This document shows positions 26,937-38,257 of a DNA stretch of 64,000 bases, one piece after another. This stretch comes from Dehalococcoidia bacterium. GTDB lineage: Bacteria > Chloroflexota > Dehalococcoidia > Bin125. A program made the translations under genes and the position numbers. Where the stretch lies: contig DAOUKQ010000010.1 of the NCBI GenBank assembly GCA_034421135.1, positions 21,659 through 85,658 of the forward strand. Direction: 5' to 3'. Numbering within the stretch: the first letter of the stretch is position 1; every line of letters begins with the position of its first letter. The notes beneath the pieces are model-generated. The model worked only from the letters and a program-made list of their open reading frames with translations. It was not told the DNA's origin and searched no databases.

Positions 26937-27167
26937 ATGACCCGCGTGGAGCTCCCAAACATCGCCGCCGCCTGGCTCGTCCTGGACCATGGGTCGGACG
27001 TTGCGATTTTCGCATCGATCGCTGGGATTTTCCTGGGTATCCCACTGGTCGCCGGCGTGATCGGAGCGGCAATCATGTCTCGTCTTGGGCGACGGTGGCA
27101 GGACGGAATGTTGTTCGCGGCGCTCTTAGCCCTCCTGGTCGTCGTCATCGTCCTGTTCGGGACCTGA
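26937..27167 (+). CDS. small membrane protein, paralog 3 (AAWLVLDHGS...)
   Basis: Same family as 25457 and 25846 (GIFLGIPLVAGVIGA). Nucleotide similarity around ctggctcgtcctggac. Confidence 0.5.
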   Translation: MTRVELPNIAAAWLVLDHGSDVAIFASIAGIFLGIPLVAGVIGAAIMSRLGRRWQDGMLFAALLALLVVVIVLFGT

Positions 27168-27177
27168 AGGCTGAGTC

Positions 27178-27868
27178 GATGCCACGCCGACGCCGCACAC
27201 CCAGACCCCTCCGACCCACCGCGATCATCAACCGCCTGATCCGCGAAGCCCCCCTCACGCCCTGGCGCGCCACCAACGACCCCGTCACCGAACTCGTCCT
27301 CACCCTGCTCTCGCAGAACACCTCCGACACCAACTCGGGACGCGCTTTCCAGGCACTACTCAAGCGTTATCCCGACTGGGACGCCGTGCTCGAAGCGCCG
27401 GTTGAGGAACTGGAGGAGACGATCCGGCCCGGCGGACTCGCCAGAACCAAGGCCCCGCGAATGCAGGCGCTCCTGTCCCAGCTCCGCGAGCGGCTCGGCC
27501 CCGAGTGGGACGCTTCACGGCTCGAAGACATGCCGATCGACGAAGCCAAGCGGTGGCTGACCGAGCTGCCCGGCGTCGGACCCAAGACCGCCGCCTGCGT
27601 CCTGCTCTTCTCGCTCGGACGTCCGGCGCTGCCAGTCGATACCCACGTCCACCGAGTCGCCATCCGCCTCGGACTGATCGGCGCCAGGGTCGCCGCCGTC
27701 CCGGCCCACGACATGCTGGAGGCGCAACTGCCGCCCGACAGGTACTACGACTTCCACGTCACCCTGATCCGCCACGGACGCCGCGTCTGCCACAAACAGC
27801 GACCGAGATGCGGCGAGTGCGTGCTGCTGGATCGCTGTCCGGGAGCGGACGATTTCATCTACGGCTGA
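27178..27868 (+). CDS. nth: endonuclease III-like HhH-GPD DNA glycosylase with a 4Fe-4S cluster loop
   Basis: HhH-GPD motif LPGVGPKTAACVLLFSLGRPALPVDTHVHRV and the C-terminal Cys cluster CHKQRPRCGECVLLDRC. Confidence 0.7.
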
Positions 27869-27920
27869 TGCCGAAGTTGTAGCCTCATCTCGGTCTCAAG
27901 TCAGTACGAGGAGTCGAGTC

Positions 27921-29450
27921 ATGAGCGCCATTGCAGAAACCACTGCCGGAACCGTCGAGGGAAGCGAAGAGAACGGACTCTGCGTCTTCCGCGGCATCCC
28001 CTTCGCCGCGCCGCCGGTCGGCGAGCTCCGATTCAAGCCGCCGCAACCCGTCGAGCCCTGGGACGGCATCCGCAAGGCAACATCCTTCGGACCGATCTCG
28101 CTGCAAGCTCCGAACGAAATGCTGGAGGGCCTGCTGCCGCCCTCCGATCCGCCACAGCCGCAGAGCGAGGACTGCCTCTACCTCAACGTCTGGACGCCGG
28201 GCGTCGACGACGCCGCGCGACCCGTCATGGTCTGGATTCACGGCGGCGCGTTCACCATCGGATCGGGCAGCGAGGACTACTACAACGGCGCAAACCTCGC
28301 ATCCCGAGGCGATGTCGTCATTGTCACCATCAACTACCGACTCGGCGCGCTCGGCTTCCTCAATCTGCCTGCGCTGGGCGAGACCAACTTCGGTATGCGC
28401 GACCAGGTCGTTGCGCTCAAGTGGGTCCAGGCGAACATCGCCAACTTCGGCGGCGACCCAGGCAACGTCACCATCTTCGGCGAGTCCGCCGGAGGCATGA
28501 GCGTCGCCTCGTTGATGGCTTCGCCCGAAGCTGCCGGACTCTTCCATAAGGCGATCCCGCAGAGCGGGGCCGGACACAACGCCCTCACGGTCGAGGAGAC
28601 CAACGCGACCGCGCTCAAGTTCTGCGCGGCGCTGGGAGTCGACCCCGACGATGTCGACGCGCTCATGGCCGCCGATCCTGCCGACATCCTCGCCGCCTCG
28701 GTCGCAGTCGATCCGATCGCCAGCGCCGAATCAGCCGAAGACATGGCCGACGCCGGCGCCTCCCCGACTCCGCAGATGCCATTCCAGCCGGTGATTGACG
28801 GCTCATTCCTTTCCGTGTTGCCAATCGACCACATCCGCCAGGGCTCGGCCGACGGCATCGCGACGTTGGTTGGAGCGCTCGATGAAGAGTTAAAGCTGCT
28901 GGCCGCCGCCGGTCCGGCTGAACCGATGACCGAGGAAGCGGCGGTAGCGGTCTTCGGGATGATGCATCCTGATGGCGAATCGGCTTACTCGACCTACCGC
29001 GCAGCACGGCGCGAACGGGGTGAGGACGACTCGCCGAACGAGATCTTCGTCGCGGCGATCGGCGACGTGATGTTGCGCGTCCCTGGTCTGCGGCTGGCCG
29101 ACGCGCAGACCATGCGAGCGCCGACCTACGCGTACCTGATCGACTGGAAATCGCCCGGCATGGACGGCGCGCTCGGCTCCTGTCACGCGCTCGAGCTGCC
29201 GTTTGTGTTTGGTACGCACGAGACGGTACCCAAGTTCGCCGGCACGGGACCGGAGGCCGATGCCTTCGCCGAGGCGACCATGGACACCTGGCTTGCATTC
29301 GCCCGTTGCGGCGACCCAAACAGCGATGCGGCCGAGGCTCCGATCTGGGACACGCAGAGCAAACCGATCATGGTCTTGGGTCCTAATGTCCGAGTCGAGC
29401 ACGACTGGCGAGGCCAAGAACTCAGCGTCTGGGATCACGTCATCTCGTAG
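27921..29450 (+). CDS. carboxylesterase type B (alpha/beta hydrolase)
   Basis: GESAGG nucleophile elbow, an oxyanion-hole HGGAF-like motif and ~500 aa length typical of COesterase. Confidence 0.85.
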   Translation: MSAIAETTAGTVEGSEENGLCVFRGIPFAAPPVGELRFKPPQPVEPWDGIRKATSFGPISLQAPNEMLEGLLPPSDPPQPQSEDCLYLNVWTPGVDDAARPVMVWIHGGAFTIGSGSEDYYNGANLASRGDVVIVTINYRLGALGFLNLPALGETNFGMRDQVVALKWVQANIANFGGDPGNVTIFGESAGGMSVASLMASPEAAGLFHKAIPQSGAGHNALTVEETNATALKFCAALGVDPDDVDALMAADPADILAASVAVDPIASAESAEDMADAGASPTPQMPFQPVIDGSFLSVLPIDHIRQGSADGIATLVGALDEELKLLAAAGPAEPMTEEAAVAVFGMMHPDGESAYSTYRAARRERGEDDSPNEIFVAAIGDVMLRVPGLRLADAQTMRAPTYAYLIDWKSPGMDGALGSCHALELPFVFGTHETVPKFAGTGPEADAFAEATMDTWLAFARCGDPNSDAAEAPIWDTQSKPIMVLGPNVRVEHDWRGQELSVWDHVIS

Positions 29451-29491
29451 CACCTGAATCCAGTAAGCATCGAAGCAAAGGACCGACCCAC

Positions 29492-30442
29492 ATGCCACTC
29501 ACCCCAATTCGCAAGGACCAACTCAGCAAAGTCGGCGTCGGCGTCCAGCGACCCGAGGATGTCGTCGTCTCCCGCGACGGCCGCGTTTGGATGTCCGACC
29601 AGGCCTCTGCCGCTGCCGAGGCGCTGCCCGATGGCACGCTTAACCGCGTCGGCAACGCCGGCGGATCGCCCAACGGCAACAACATGGACGCCCAGGGCCG
29701 GATCATCATCGCCAACGTCGGCGGACTCGAAGGTGACGGAGGCTCGGGGCCCGTCCAACGACTCGACGTCGACACCGGCGAGATCGAAATCCTCGCCGAC
29801 CAGATCGACGGCATCCCGCTGGTCGCCTCCAACTATCCACACGTCGACTCGCAGGGTCGCATCTGGGTCACGCACTCGACCTCGCGCTCCGGCGGCGCCG
29901 CCTTCTCCGGCGATCCTGACGGCTTCCTCTTCCGCATCGAAGCCGACGGCTCACTTACGATGCTCGCCACCGAGATCGAGTTCGCCAACGGCATCACACT
30001 CGATCCCCGAGAAGAGAACGCCTACGTCTGTTCAACCACCGGCTGCCACGTATTGCGATATCCAATCAACGAGGACGGTTCCCTCGGCGAGCCCGAGGTC
30101 TATGGCCCGCAACTCGGCAAGACCGTCCAAGACCTGGCCGCCATGCGACCGCTCAGCGCGGAACAACGCGGCGAGCTTGGACTCACCGATGGCTGCGGCT
30201 TCGATCAGGAGGGCAATCTCTGGGTCACGCTGCCGATGTCGAACAAGGTCGTCGCAATCACGCCGCAGTTCGAGGTCGTCACCATGATCGAAGACCTCGA
30301 AGGCGACATCATGCAAGCCCCAACCAACGTGAGCTGGGGCGGAGACGACATGTCCGATGTCTACATCGGCTCAATCCGTAGCGACTACGTCGTCCACGCC
30401 AAATCCCCCATCCCCGGCGAGCCCCTGATCCACCAGCGCTAA
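29492..30442 (+). CDS. SMP-30/gluconolactonase/LRE-like beta-propeller protein
   Basis: Repeated Asp/Gly-rich blade motifs and overall similarity to the SGL family. Confidence 0.55.
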   Translation: MPLTPIRKDQLSKVGVGVQRPEDVVVSRDGRVWMSDQASAAAEALPDGTLNRVGNAGGSPNGNNMDAQGRIIIANVGGLEGDGGSGPVQRLDVDTGEIEILADQIDGIPLVASNYPHVDSQGRIWVTHSTSRSGGAAFSGDPDGFLFRIEADGSLTMLATEIEFANGITLDPREENAYVCSTTGCHVLRYPINEDGSLGEPEVYGPQLGKTVQDLAAMRPLSAEQRGELGLTDGCGFDQEGNLWVTLPMSNKVVAITPQFEVVTMIEDLEGDIMQAPTNVSWGGDDMSDVYIGSIRSDYVVHAKSPIPGEPLIHQR

Positions 30443-30449
30443 CCCACAG

Positions 30450-30483
30450 CCTCGTCATACCCACGCTTGCCGGGGGTATCTCG
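30450..30483. repeat. short palindromic repeat element, family 2
   Basis: cctcgtcatacccacgcttgccgggggtatctcg matches 7083-7118 at ~30 of 34 positions. Again located just after a + strand gene. Confidence 0.5.
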
Positions 30484-30858
30484 ATGCGACGTGCAGTTCG
30501 TTCGCAACCAGGAAGCTCCAGCATGCGCAGCCGCCTCTGGCCTCGCGACCGGCTCGCCATCGCGATCCTGCTCTACGCGATCTGGATCCCGTTCATCGTC
30601 GTGCTGATTGACAACGTCGATGACAACCAGGATTCCAACGGCGCTAGCGAGGTCCGCACCGAGGACGAAGAACCAAACGACTTCGCCGAGACGGTCGGCT
30701 GGACCTGGGGCGTGCTCTGGATCGGCTACGCATCCCTGGCCGCCTGGCTGGCCCGGATCAAGGGCCGCGACCCAATCCGTTGGGGCCTCGCCAGCCTGCT
30801 CACCTTCATAGCGCTCTTCCCCTTCCTCGCCGTCGCGCCCGAACGTAAACGGGAGTGA
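30484..30858 (+). CDS. hypothetical membrane protein
   Basis: Three hydrophobic segments with an acidic central loop. Start uncertain (alternative Met at 30523). Confidence 0.4.
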   Translation: MRRAVRSQPGSSSMRSRLWPRDRLAIAILLYAIWIPFIVVLIDNVDDNQDSNGASEVRTEDEEPNDFAETVGWTWGVLWIGYASLAAWLARIKGRDPIRWGLASLLTFIALFPFLAVAPERKRE

Positions 30859-30912
30859 CACGCTATCTGGCATACTGCGCTCAAACTCCGGCACGGAACT
30901 GAAGGAACTCAC

Positions 30913-32622
<1,710 letters not shown>

Positions 32623-32649
32623 CGCCGGGCACCCGGCTGCAATCGTGTA

Positions 32650-32674
32650 GGGGCAGCCCTTGTGGCTGCCCCTC
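32650..32674 (+). terminator. GC-rich hairpin (AGGGGCAGCC-cttgt-GGCTGCCCCT) after the amidohydrolase gene
   Basis: Perfect 10-bp stem 28 nt after the stop. No T-tract, so it is a factor-dependent terminator or a stabilising hairpin. Confidence 0.4.
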
Positions 32675-32696
32675 GTGCCTCTGTCTGGGAGCGATT

Positions 32697-33320
32697 ATGA
32701 CCGGTTCCGCCATCAACCGCATCGTCACGCAGCGCGTCGTGCATCAGTTGGTGACGGAACGCCTTGTTGCGCGCGTCTACGACAACCCACTCATCAGCAA
32801 TGTGGAACGCGGAGCCTACGTCGAATGCATGATCGAGCTTGCTCTGAGCGACACGCGTCCGCCATGGTCGCTCACGGACACATGGGCCGCATGGGACCTG
32901 CAACAGGATGAGACTGGCGCCCGCATCGAGGTCAAGCAGTCTGCGGCGCTGCAGACCTGGACCGCTGTGACTCCGGGGAACTCACCGCCCAGCTTCGACA
33001 TCGCGCCCCGCACTGGATACTACGAAGATGGCGGAGGCGGCTGGGTCGAGCCCCTCACCCCCTCTCGCTTTGCCGACCTCTACATCATGGCCTGGCACTC
33101 GGAGCGCGACCCGCGGGTCGCCGACCACCGGCGGCCGGATCAATGGCAGTTCTTCGTCGTCCCCGAACACAGGCTGCGATCCGGCCAAAAGCAGATCAGC
33201 CTCAATCCTCTTGCAAGAATGGCCCAGCCGGTCACCTTCGAGGCGCTGGTTCCAGCAGTTGAAGAAGCTCTATTGACCTTGCCGATCTTGAAGGCTGACG
33301 CTGAGTCGGGGGATAGCTGA
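32697..33320 (+). CDS. hypothetical protein
   Basis: 207-aa ORF with good codon usage and no family recognisable by eye. Confidence 0.4.
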   Translation: MTGSAINRIVTQRVVHQLVTERLVARVYDNPLISNVERGAYVECMIELALSDTRPPWSLTDTWAAWDLQQDETGARIEVKQSAALQTWTAVTPGNSPPSFDIAPRTGYYEDGGGGWVEPLTPSRFADLYIMAWHSERDPRVADHRRPDQWQFFVVPEHRLRSGQKQISLNPLARMAQPVTFEALVPAVEEALLTLPILKADAESGDS

Positions 33321-33364
33321 GCGCTCAGAGGACCAGAATCCGAAGGCGGCCTTGCGCTATGATA

Positions 33365-33378
33365 AGAACACTTGTACT
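33365..33378. promoter_or_regulatory. candidate LexA/Cheo-box-like site AGAACacttGTACT in an AT-rich promoter
   Basis: Near-palindrome with one mismatch from GAAC-N4-GTTC, ~10 nt upstream of the radical SAM SPL-type repair gene start. Confidence 0.3.
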
Positions 33379-33386
33379 ATCTCTAA

Positions 33387-34226
33387 ATGCTGCAACTCTC
33401 CCTCTTCGATCCCAATCCGGCGACCGCGCGTCCATTGACCCAGGGAACCGCCGATGTCATCTATGCCGATTCGTCATCAATCCTCGCCCGTCCGACGGGA
33501 CGCCTTGCCGACCTTGACTTTGTGATCAACCCGTACCAGGGCTGCACGTTCTCTTGCACCTACTGCTACGCGGCGTTCTTCGTTGCCGAGGAGGAGCAGC
33601 GGGAACGTTGGGGACAATGGGTGCGGGTCAAAACCAACGCGATCGCCAAGCTACGCAACTCGCGGCGCGACTTGCGCGGCCGGACCGTACTGATGAGCAG
33701 CGCTACCGACCCGTATCAGCCAATCGAGAACCGGCTGGAACTCACACGGTCACTGCTACCAATCCTCGCCGAACGAGGCGCGCATCTCGCCGTGCTCTCC
33801 CGCAGCCCGCTCGTCACACGCGATATCGACCTGTTCAATGAGTTCGCTCACATCAACATCACGCTCAGCATCACGACCGACTCGGACGACATCCGCAAAC
33901 GATTCGAGCCGCAGTGCGCCAGCATCGACCGTCGGTTCGCCGCGCTGCAGGAGCTGAGCGACGCCGGTTTCCGCACCAGGATCAATGTCGCGCCGCTACT
34001 CCCGCTGGCGGACGTTCAGAGCTTCGCCGAACGGATCCTGGACTCCGGGGTGTCGCGCGTCCACATCAACACATTCCACGAGTCGAGCGGACCGTTCGCG
34101 TCGGGCACGCGACCGCCGGCGCTCCGGCTCGCCCGCGAGATGGGCTGGACGGAGGAGCGACGCGAGTGTGTGATGGAGGAACTGCGGAGCTACCTCAATC
34201 AGGAAGGTCGGAGGCTGGCCGCTTGA
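33387..34226 (+). CDS. radical SAM protein, SPL/SplB family (DNA repair photolyase-like, COG1533)
   Basis: NPYQGCTFSCTYCY is a radical SAM CxxxCxxC motif in the SplB context. Confidence 0.7.
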   Translation: MLQLSLFDPNPATARPLTQGTADVIYADSSSILARPTGRLADLDFVINPYQGCTFSCTYCYAAFFVAEEEQRERWGQWVRVKTNAIAKLRNSRRDLRGRTVLMSSATDPYQPIENRLELTRSLLPILAERGAHLAVLSRSPLVTRDIDLFNEFAHINITLSITTDSDDIRKRFEPQCASIDRRFAALQELSDAGFRTRINVAPLLPLADVQSFAERILDSGVSRVHINTFHESSGPFASGTRPPALRLAREMGWTEERRECVMEELRSYLNQEGRRLAA

Positions 34227-34230
34227 GCTG

Positions 34231-35367
34231 CTACAGACTCGCGTAGACCGCGTCGATCATTGGCTTCCAGCGCGGATCGGCCCCCAGACCTGCCGACATC
34301 TGGTTCATGACGTAGCCGAAACCGATCTCGGCGTCGGGATCGGCGAAACCGAGTGAACCGCCCGCGCCGGAGTGTCCGAATGTCCGTGGATTTGGTCCCC
34401 ACTCGTAACGACCGCCGGCTGTGCTGAGAATGAAGCCCAGCGAACGGCGGACCAGGAAGCCGAGCACCAGGTCCTCGCGCGCCGCATGTTCCGTGGCGCC
34501 GCAGGCCTCGATCGATTCGGCCGTGAGCAAGTCGCCTCCGCCCTGGGCCAGCGACGCGTAGATCGTGGCCATGGCGCGTGCGTTGCCGTGGCCATTGGCG
34601 CCTGGCAGCTCGGCAGCCCGCCATTCGCGCGAGTTAACGGTTCCGGCCAGTCGCGGCGCAGCCAGACCAAGCGCTTTCGCGGCCAGGTTGTCCTGCGCGG
34701 TCACGCCAATTGGCGGAGCGCCCGGCGCAGCGATCAGGTCTGCAGTCCGATCATCCTCGGACTCCGGCAATCCAATGTAGAAGTCGACGCCAAGTGGTGC
34801 GGAAATCTCTTGCTGGACAAACTGACCGCAGCTCAGGCCGGTGATCCGCCGGATGACCTCACCAACCAGCCAACCGTAGGAGATGGCGTGGTAGCCCATG
34901 CCTTCGCCGGGCGTCCACATCGGAGCCTGGCGCTCCAGTGCGCCGACCATGTAGTCCCAGTCGAGCGATGCGCCGTCGGGTAACTCCTCATCGATGCCGG
35001 CCAGACCGGATTCGTGAGTCAGCAGGTGTCTGACCTTGTTCTCAGATTTGCCCGCCTGTCCGAACTCGGGCCAGTAGTCGACCACGGGGCGCTCGACATC
35101 GAGCTCGCCGCGGTCGACCAACATCGCCGCTGCGACGGCGGCGATGCCTTTGGTCGACGAGTAGACGTTGGCGATCGTGTCGCGCTCCCAGGGACGGGTG
35201 CGGGCTTCGTCGGTAAAGCCGCCCCAGAGGTCGACGACGGTCTCCCCGCCGACGATGACGCAGAGCGATGCGCCGACTTCGGCGTGGTCGGACCAATTGG
35301 CGGCGAAGGCGTCGCGAACCGCGCCGAAGCGCGGGTCGCAGTGTCCTTGCAGTTCGATGTCGGGCAT
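34231..35367 (-). CDS. serine hydrolase, beta-lactamase/EstB-like (class C beta-lactamase-related)
   Basis: The SxxK motif (YSSTKG) sits at the N-terminus of a ~380-aa beta-lactamase fold. Confidence 0.75.
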   Translation of the reverse strand: MPDIELQGHCDPRFGAVRDAFAANWSDHAEVGASLCVIVGGETVVDLWGGFTDEARTRPWERDTIANVYSSTKGIAAVAAAMLVDRGELDVERPVVDYWPEFGQAGKSENKVRHLLTHESGLAGIDEELPDGASLDWDYMVGALERQAPMWTPGEGMGYHAISYGWLVGEVIRRITGLSCGQFVQQEISAPLGVDFYIGLPESEDDRTADLIAAPGAPPIGVTAQDNLAAKALGLAAPRLAGTVNSREWRAAELPGANGHGNARAMATIYASLAQGGGDLLTAESIEACGATEHAAREDLVLGFLVRRSLGFILSTAGGRYEWGPNPRTFGHSGAGGSLGFADPDAEIGFGYVMNQMSAGLGADPRWKPMIDAVYASL

Positions 35368-35379
35368 GAGGCGCGGCCC

Positions 35380-36552
35380 CTAGTCGGCCGAGACCGGCTC
35401 GGCGACGGCGCGTCCCGAGAGCTCTTCCGGCAACGTGGCTTCGAGCTCGTGCAGGGCCGGCAGGACCTCCGACGCGAACAGCCTCATGCTGCGCTCGGCC
35501 GTCTCGGCCGGCATACCGCCGGAAACGCGGAAGTTCATGATCATCTCTTCCGCGGCGGTCACCTGCTGAATGTGCTTGAGCTTCTCGATCACCTGGTCCG
35601 GCGTGCCCCAGGCTTGCGGGGTCGCCGCGTATCGGGCGCGCTGCTCGGGAGTGGTTTTCTCGTTCGTCTTGCCGAACTCGGCGTAGTACTTGTAGCCCTT
35701 GGTCGCCGCGAAGCGCGCGGAGTCGGAGAAGTTGTAGTGCCGCTCGACGCTCTCCTGGAACTCGCCGGTGTGCTGCACCATCACGTCCCACGCCTCTGCT
35801 TCGCTGTCGAAGCAGGCGACATTTGCGACGACAGTCGGCTGGCGCGGCTGCCAACCGTTGTTGACGCGAATCTCATTGAAGCGCTGGACGTCCGCCTGGT
35901 ATTCGTCCCACTTCTTCGAGTTGGTGAACAGCATCCCCAGACCGGCGTTGGCCGCGATTTCGAGCGTCTCGGGCGAGATCCAGGCGACGCGCATCGAGTC
36001 GAGCAATTGCTGCGGGTTGCGCGGACGCGGACGGATCGTGGTCTCCGGAATCGTGTAGAAGTCGCCTTCGTGCGAGAAGTACTCCTGCGTCAGACCCTTG
36101 CGCACGACTTCAAGCGACTCCATGAAGCGGTCGCGCGACTCGCCCATTGGCGAGCGGAAGGCGTCGAACTCGCGCTTGGCCGCGCCGCGTCCCAGGCCGA
36201 GCGTGAGCTTGCGGCCCTGGAGCATGTTGTCGAGAACCGTGATCTGCTCGGTGATCGCGACCGGGTCATACCAGGGCAGCACGATCACCATCGTGCCGAA
36301 GTCAATGCGCTCGGTCTTGCCGGCGAAGTAGGTCAGGTTCTGCAACGCGCCCGAGGTCATGATGTAGGGCGAAAAGTGGTGGTCGATGCACCAATAGGAG
36401 TCGAACCCCAGCGGCTCTACGAGGCCGCCCAGGTGCAGATCTTCCTCGTAGATCTGCTGGTCGCTGACTGGCATCGCTTCGGTCACGGCGTGAGCCTCGA
36501 AGCGATCCCAATCGGTGTAGTTCTGGAAGTTGAAGTGGACGCCAACCTTCAT
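35380..36552 (-). CDS. LLM class (luciferase-like) flavin/F420-dependent oxidoreductase
   Basis: TIM-barrel luciferase-like monooxygenase similarity over the whole 390-aa length. Confidence 0.7.
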   Translation of the reverse strand: MKVGVHFNFQNYTDWDRFEAHAVTEAMPVSDQQIYEEDLHLGGLVEPLGFDSYWCIDHHFSPYIMTSGALQNLTYFAGKTERIDFGTMVIVLPWYDPVAITEQITVLDNMLQGRKLTLGLGRGAAKREFDAFRSPMGESRDRFMESLEVVRKGLTQEYFSHEGDFYTIPETTIRPRPRNPQQLLDSMRVAWISPETLEIAANAGLGMLFTNSKKWDEYQADVQRFNEIRVNNGWQPRQPTVVANVACFDSEAEAWDVMVQHTGEFQESVERHYNFSDSARFAATKGYKYYAEFGKTNEKTTPEQRARYAATPQAWGTPDQVIEKLKHIQQVTAAEEMIMNFRVSGGMPAETAERSMRLFASEVLPALHELEATLPEELSGRAVAEPVSAD

Positions 36553-36703
36553 CGGACAAGCCTCGTTTCAGCGGTGGGGGTTCATGCGCAGCCTGCGCGG
36601 CATCTGCGCGGGGCACGTGAGGGATATGCGCAAGATACGCTAAGCAGGCCGGCGGCGTCAGGGCGACCGGTCCTGCTTGTGGTGAGCCGGGGACGGGGAG
36701 CGA

Positions 36704-37030
36704 CTAGGCGAGGACCTCGTCGAGTCGCTTGGCGAGGTCGCTCTTGGGGCGGAAGCCGACGATCTGGCCGGCCACTTCGCCGCCCTTGAAGACGAGCAGC
36801 GTGGGGATGCTGCGGATGCCGTACTCGGTGGCAATGCCCGGGTTCTCGTCGGTGTTCAGCTTGTAGAACGCGACGCGACCGTCGTACTCCTCGGAGAGCT
36901 CGTCTACGATCGGCGCAACCATGCGGCAGGGACCGCACCACGGGGCCCAGAAGTCGACCAGCACCGGCAGGTCGCTGTCTTTCACGTCGGCCTGGAAGCT
37001 TGCGTCCGTCACTTCCTGTGGCTTACTCAT
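36704..37030 (-). CDS. trxA: thioredoxin
   Basis: WCGPC active site, 108 aa. Confidence 0.9.
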   Translation of the reverse strand: MSKPQEVTDASFQADVKDSDLPVLVDFWAPWCGPCRMVAPIVDELSEEYDGRVAFYKLNTDENPGIATEYGIRSIPTLLVFKGGEVAGQIVGFRPKSDLAKRLDEVLA

Positions 37031-37111
37031 TTGAATCCTCCAAGCAGTCTGAAATCGATCAGGTTCTCACTCGTCAAATGTACCGTATTGGCCGAACCGA
37101 TCGGCAAGCCC

Positions 37112-38251
37112 CTAACGGCGCTCGTAGCGCCAAGTGTCGCTCACCTCACCCTGGGCGGGCGCATGCTCCGATACATCCTCGGCAGCCTCGGCATCCTCAT
37201 CCGGAGCCGTTCCTGCGAAGGCGTCGCGAATCTCGTCGACGACTCCCGACTGCACGACGCTGCGCGCCGAGCGGATGCCGCTGGTCACCGCCTCGGCGTT
37301 CGCCCGACCGTGTCCGACCAGCACCGCGCCGTCGATTCCGAAGAGCGGCGCCGAACCGACCTTGGCGTAGTCCCAATGCGAGCGCAGGCTGCGGAACGCG
37401 CCGCGCATCAGCCAGGCGCCGGCCATGTGCAGCATGTTCGCTTCGATCGATCGCCGCAGTTCGCCGAAGAGCTGTTCCGCCAAGCCCTCGGTCAGCTTGA
37501 CCGCGACGTTGCCGGAAAAGCCGTCGGAGACGATCACGTCGGCGACGCCGGCGACCATCTGGTTGGCCTCGATGTTGCCGACGAAGTTGGGCTCCTGACG
37601 CGCCAGCAGTTGATAGGTCTCCTGGTGCATGCTGGTGCCCTTCAGCTCCTCCTCGCCGACATTGAGCAGTCCCACGCTGGGATTGCGGTGTCGCAGCACG
37701 CGCTCCACGTAGGCGCGACCCATGGTCGCGAACTGGCAGAGGTGTTGCGGTCGCGCTTCGACATTGGCCCCGACATCCAGTAAGAGCGAGGTCGTGCCGC
37801 GGCCGTTACGGAACAGCGCGCCCAGCGCCGGACGAACCACGCCGGGGATGCGACCCAGGGTAAACAGCGACCCCGCCATCACGGCGCCGGTGTTGCCGAA
37901 TGAGAGGAAGGCATCAGCGGAACCGTCGGCGAGCAACCCCAGGCCGACCATGATCGACGAGTCCCGCATCCGGCGCACCGCCGTGGGCGATGCGTCCATG
38001 GAGATCGCCTCCGATGCCTCCTGAATCCGCAGATTGCGCTGCGGCGCAGGCATCAGGCTGCGAATCTCGCGCCCCCGGCCGACGAGGATGATGTCGACAT
38101 CAAGCTCTCGTGCCGCGCTAAGTGCGCCGCGCACGACCGCTGCCGGCGCATGGTCGCCACCCATCGCGTCGAGCGCCACCGTGATCGGACGTCCTGGTCT
38201 GCCCTTCGAAGTGTCCGCCATCAATCTCTCCCGACTCAGAGTTACGTCCAA
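37112..38251 (-). CDS. plsX: phosphate acyltransferase PlsX
   Basis: The GGDHAP motif and PlsX-wide similarity. Acidic C-terminal extension. Confidence 0.85.
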   Translation of the reverse strand: MDVTLSRERLMADTSKGRPGRPITVALDAMGGDHAPAAVVRGALSAARELDVDIILVGRGREIRSLMPAPQRNLRIQEASEAISMDASPTAVRRMRDSSIMVGLGLLADGSADAFLSFGNTGAVMAGSLFTLGRIPGVVRPALGALFRNGRGTTSLLLDVGANVEARPQHLCQFATMGRAYVERVLRHRNPSVGLLNVGEEELKGTSMHQETYQLLARQEPNFVGNIEANQMVAGVADVIVSDGFSGNVAVKLTEGLAEQLFGELRRSIEANMLHMAGAWLMRGAFRSLRSHWDYAKVGSAPLFGIDGAVLVGHGRANAEAVTSGIRSARSVVQSGVVDEIRDAFAGTAPDEDAEAAEDVSEHAPAQGEVSDTWRYERR

Positions 38252-38257
38252 GCTGTG

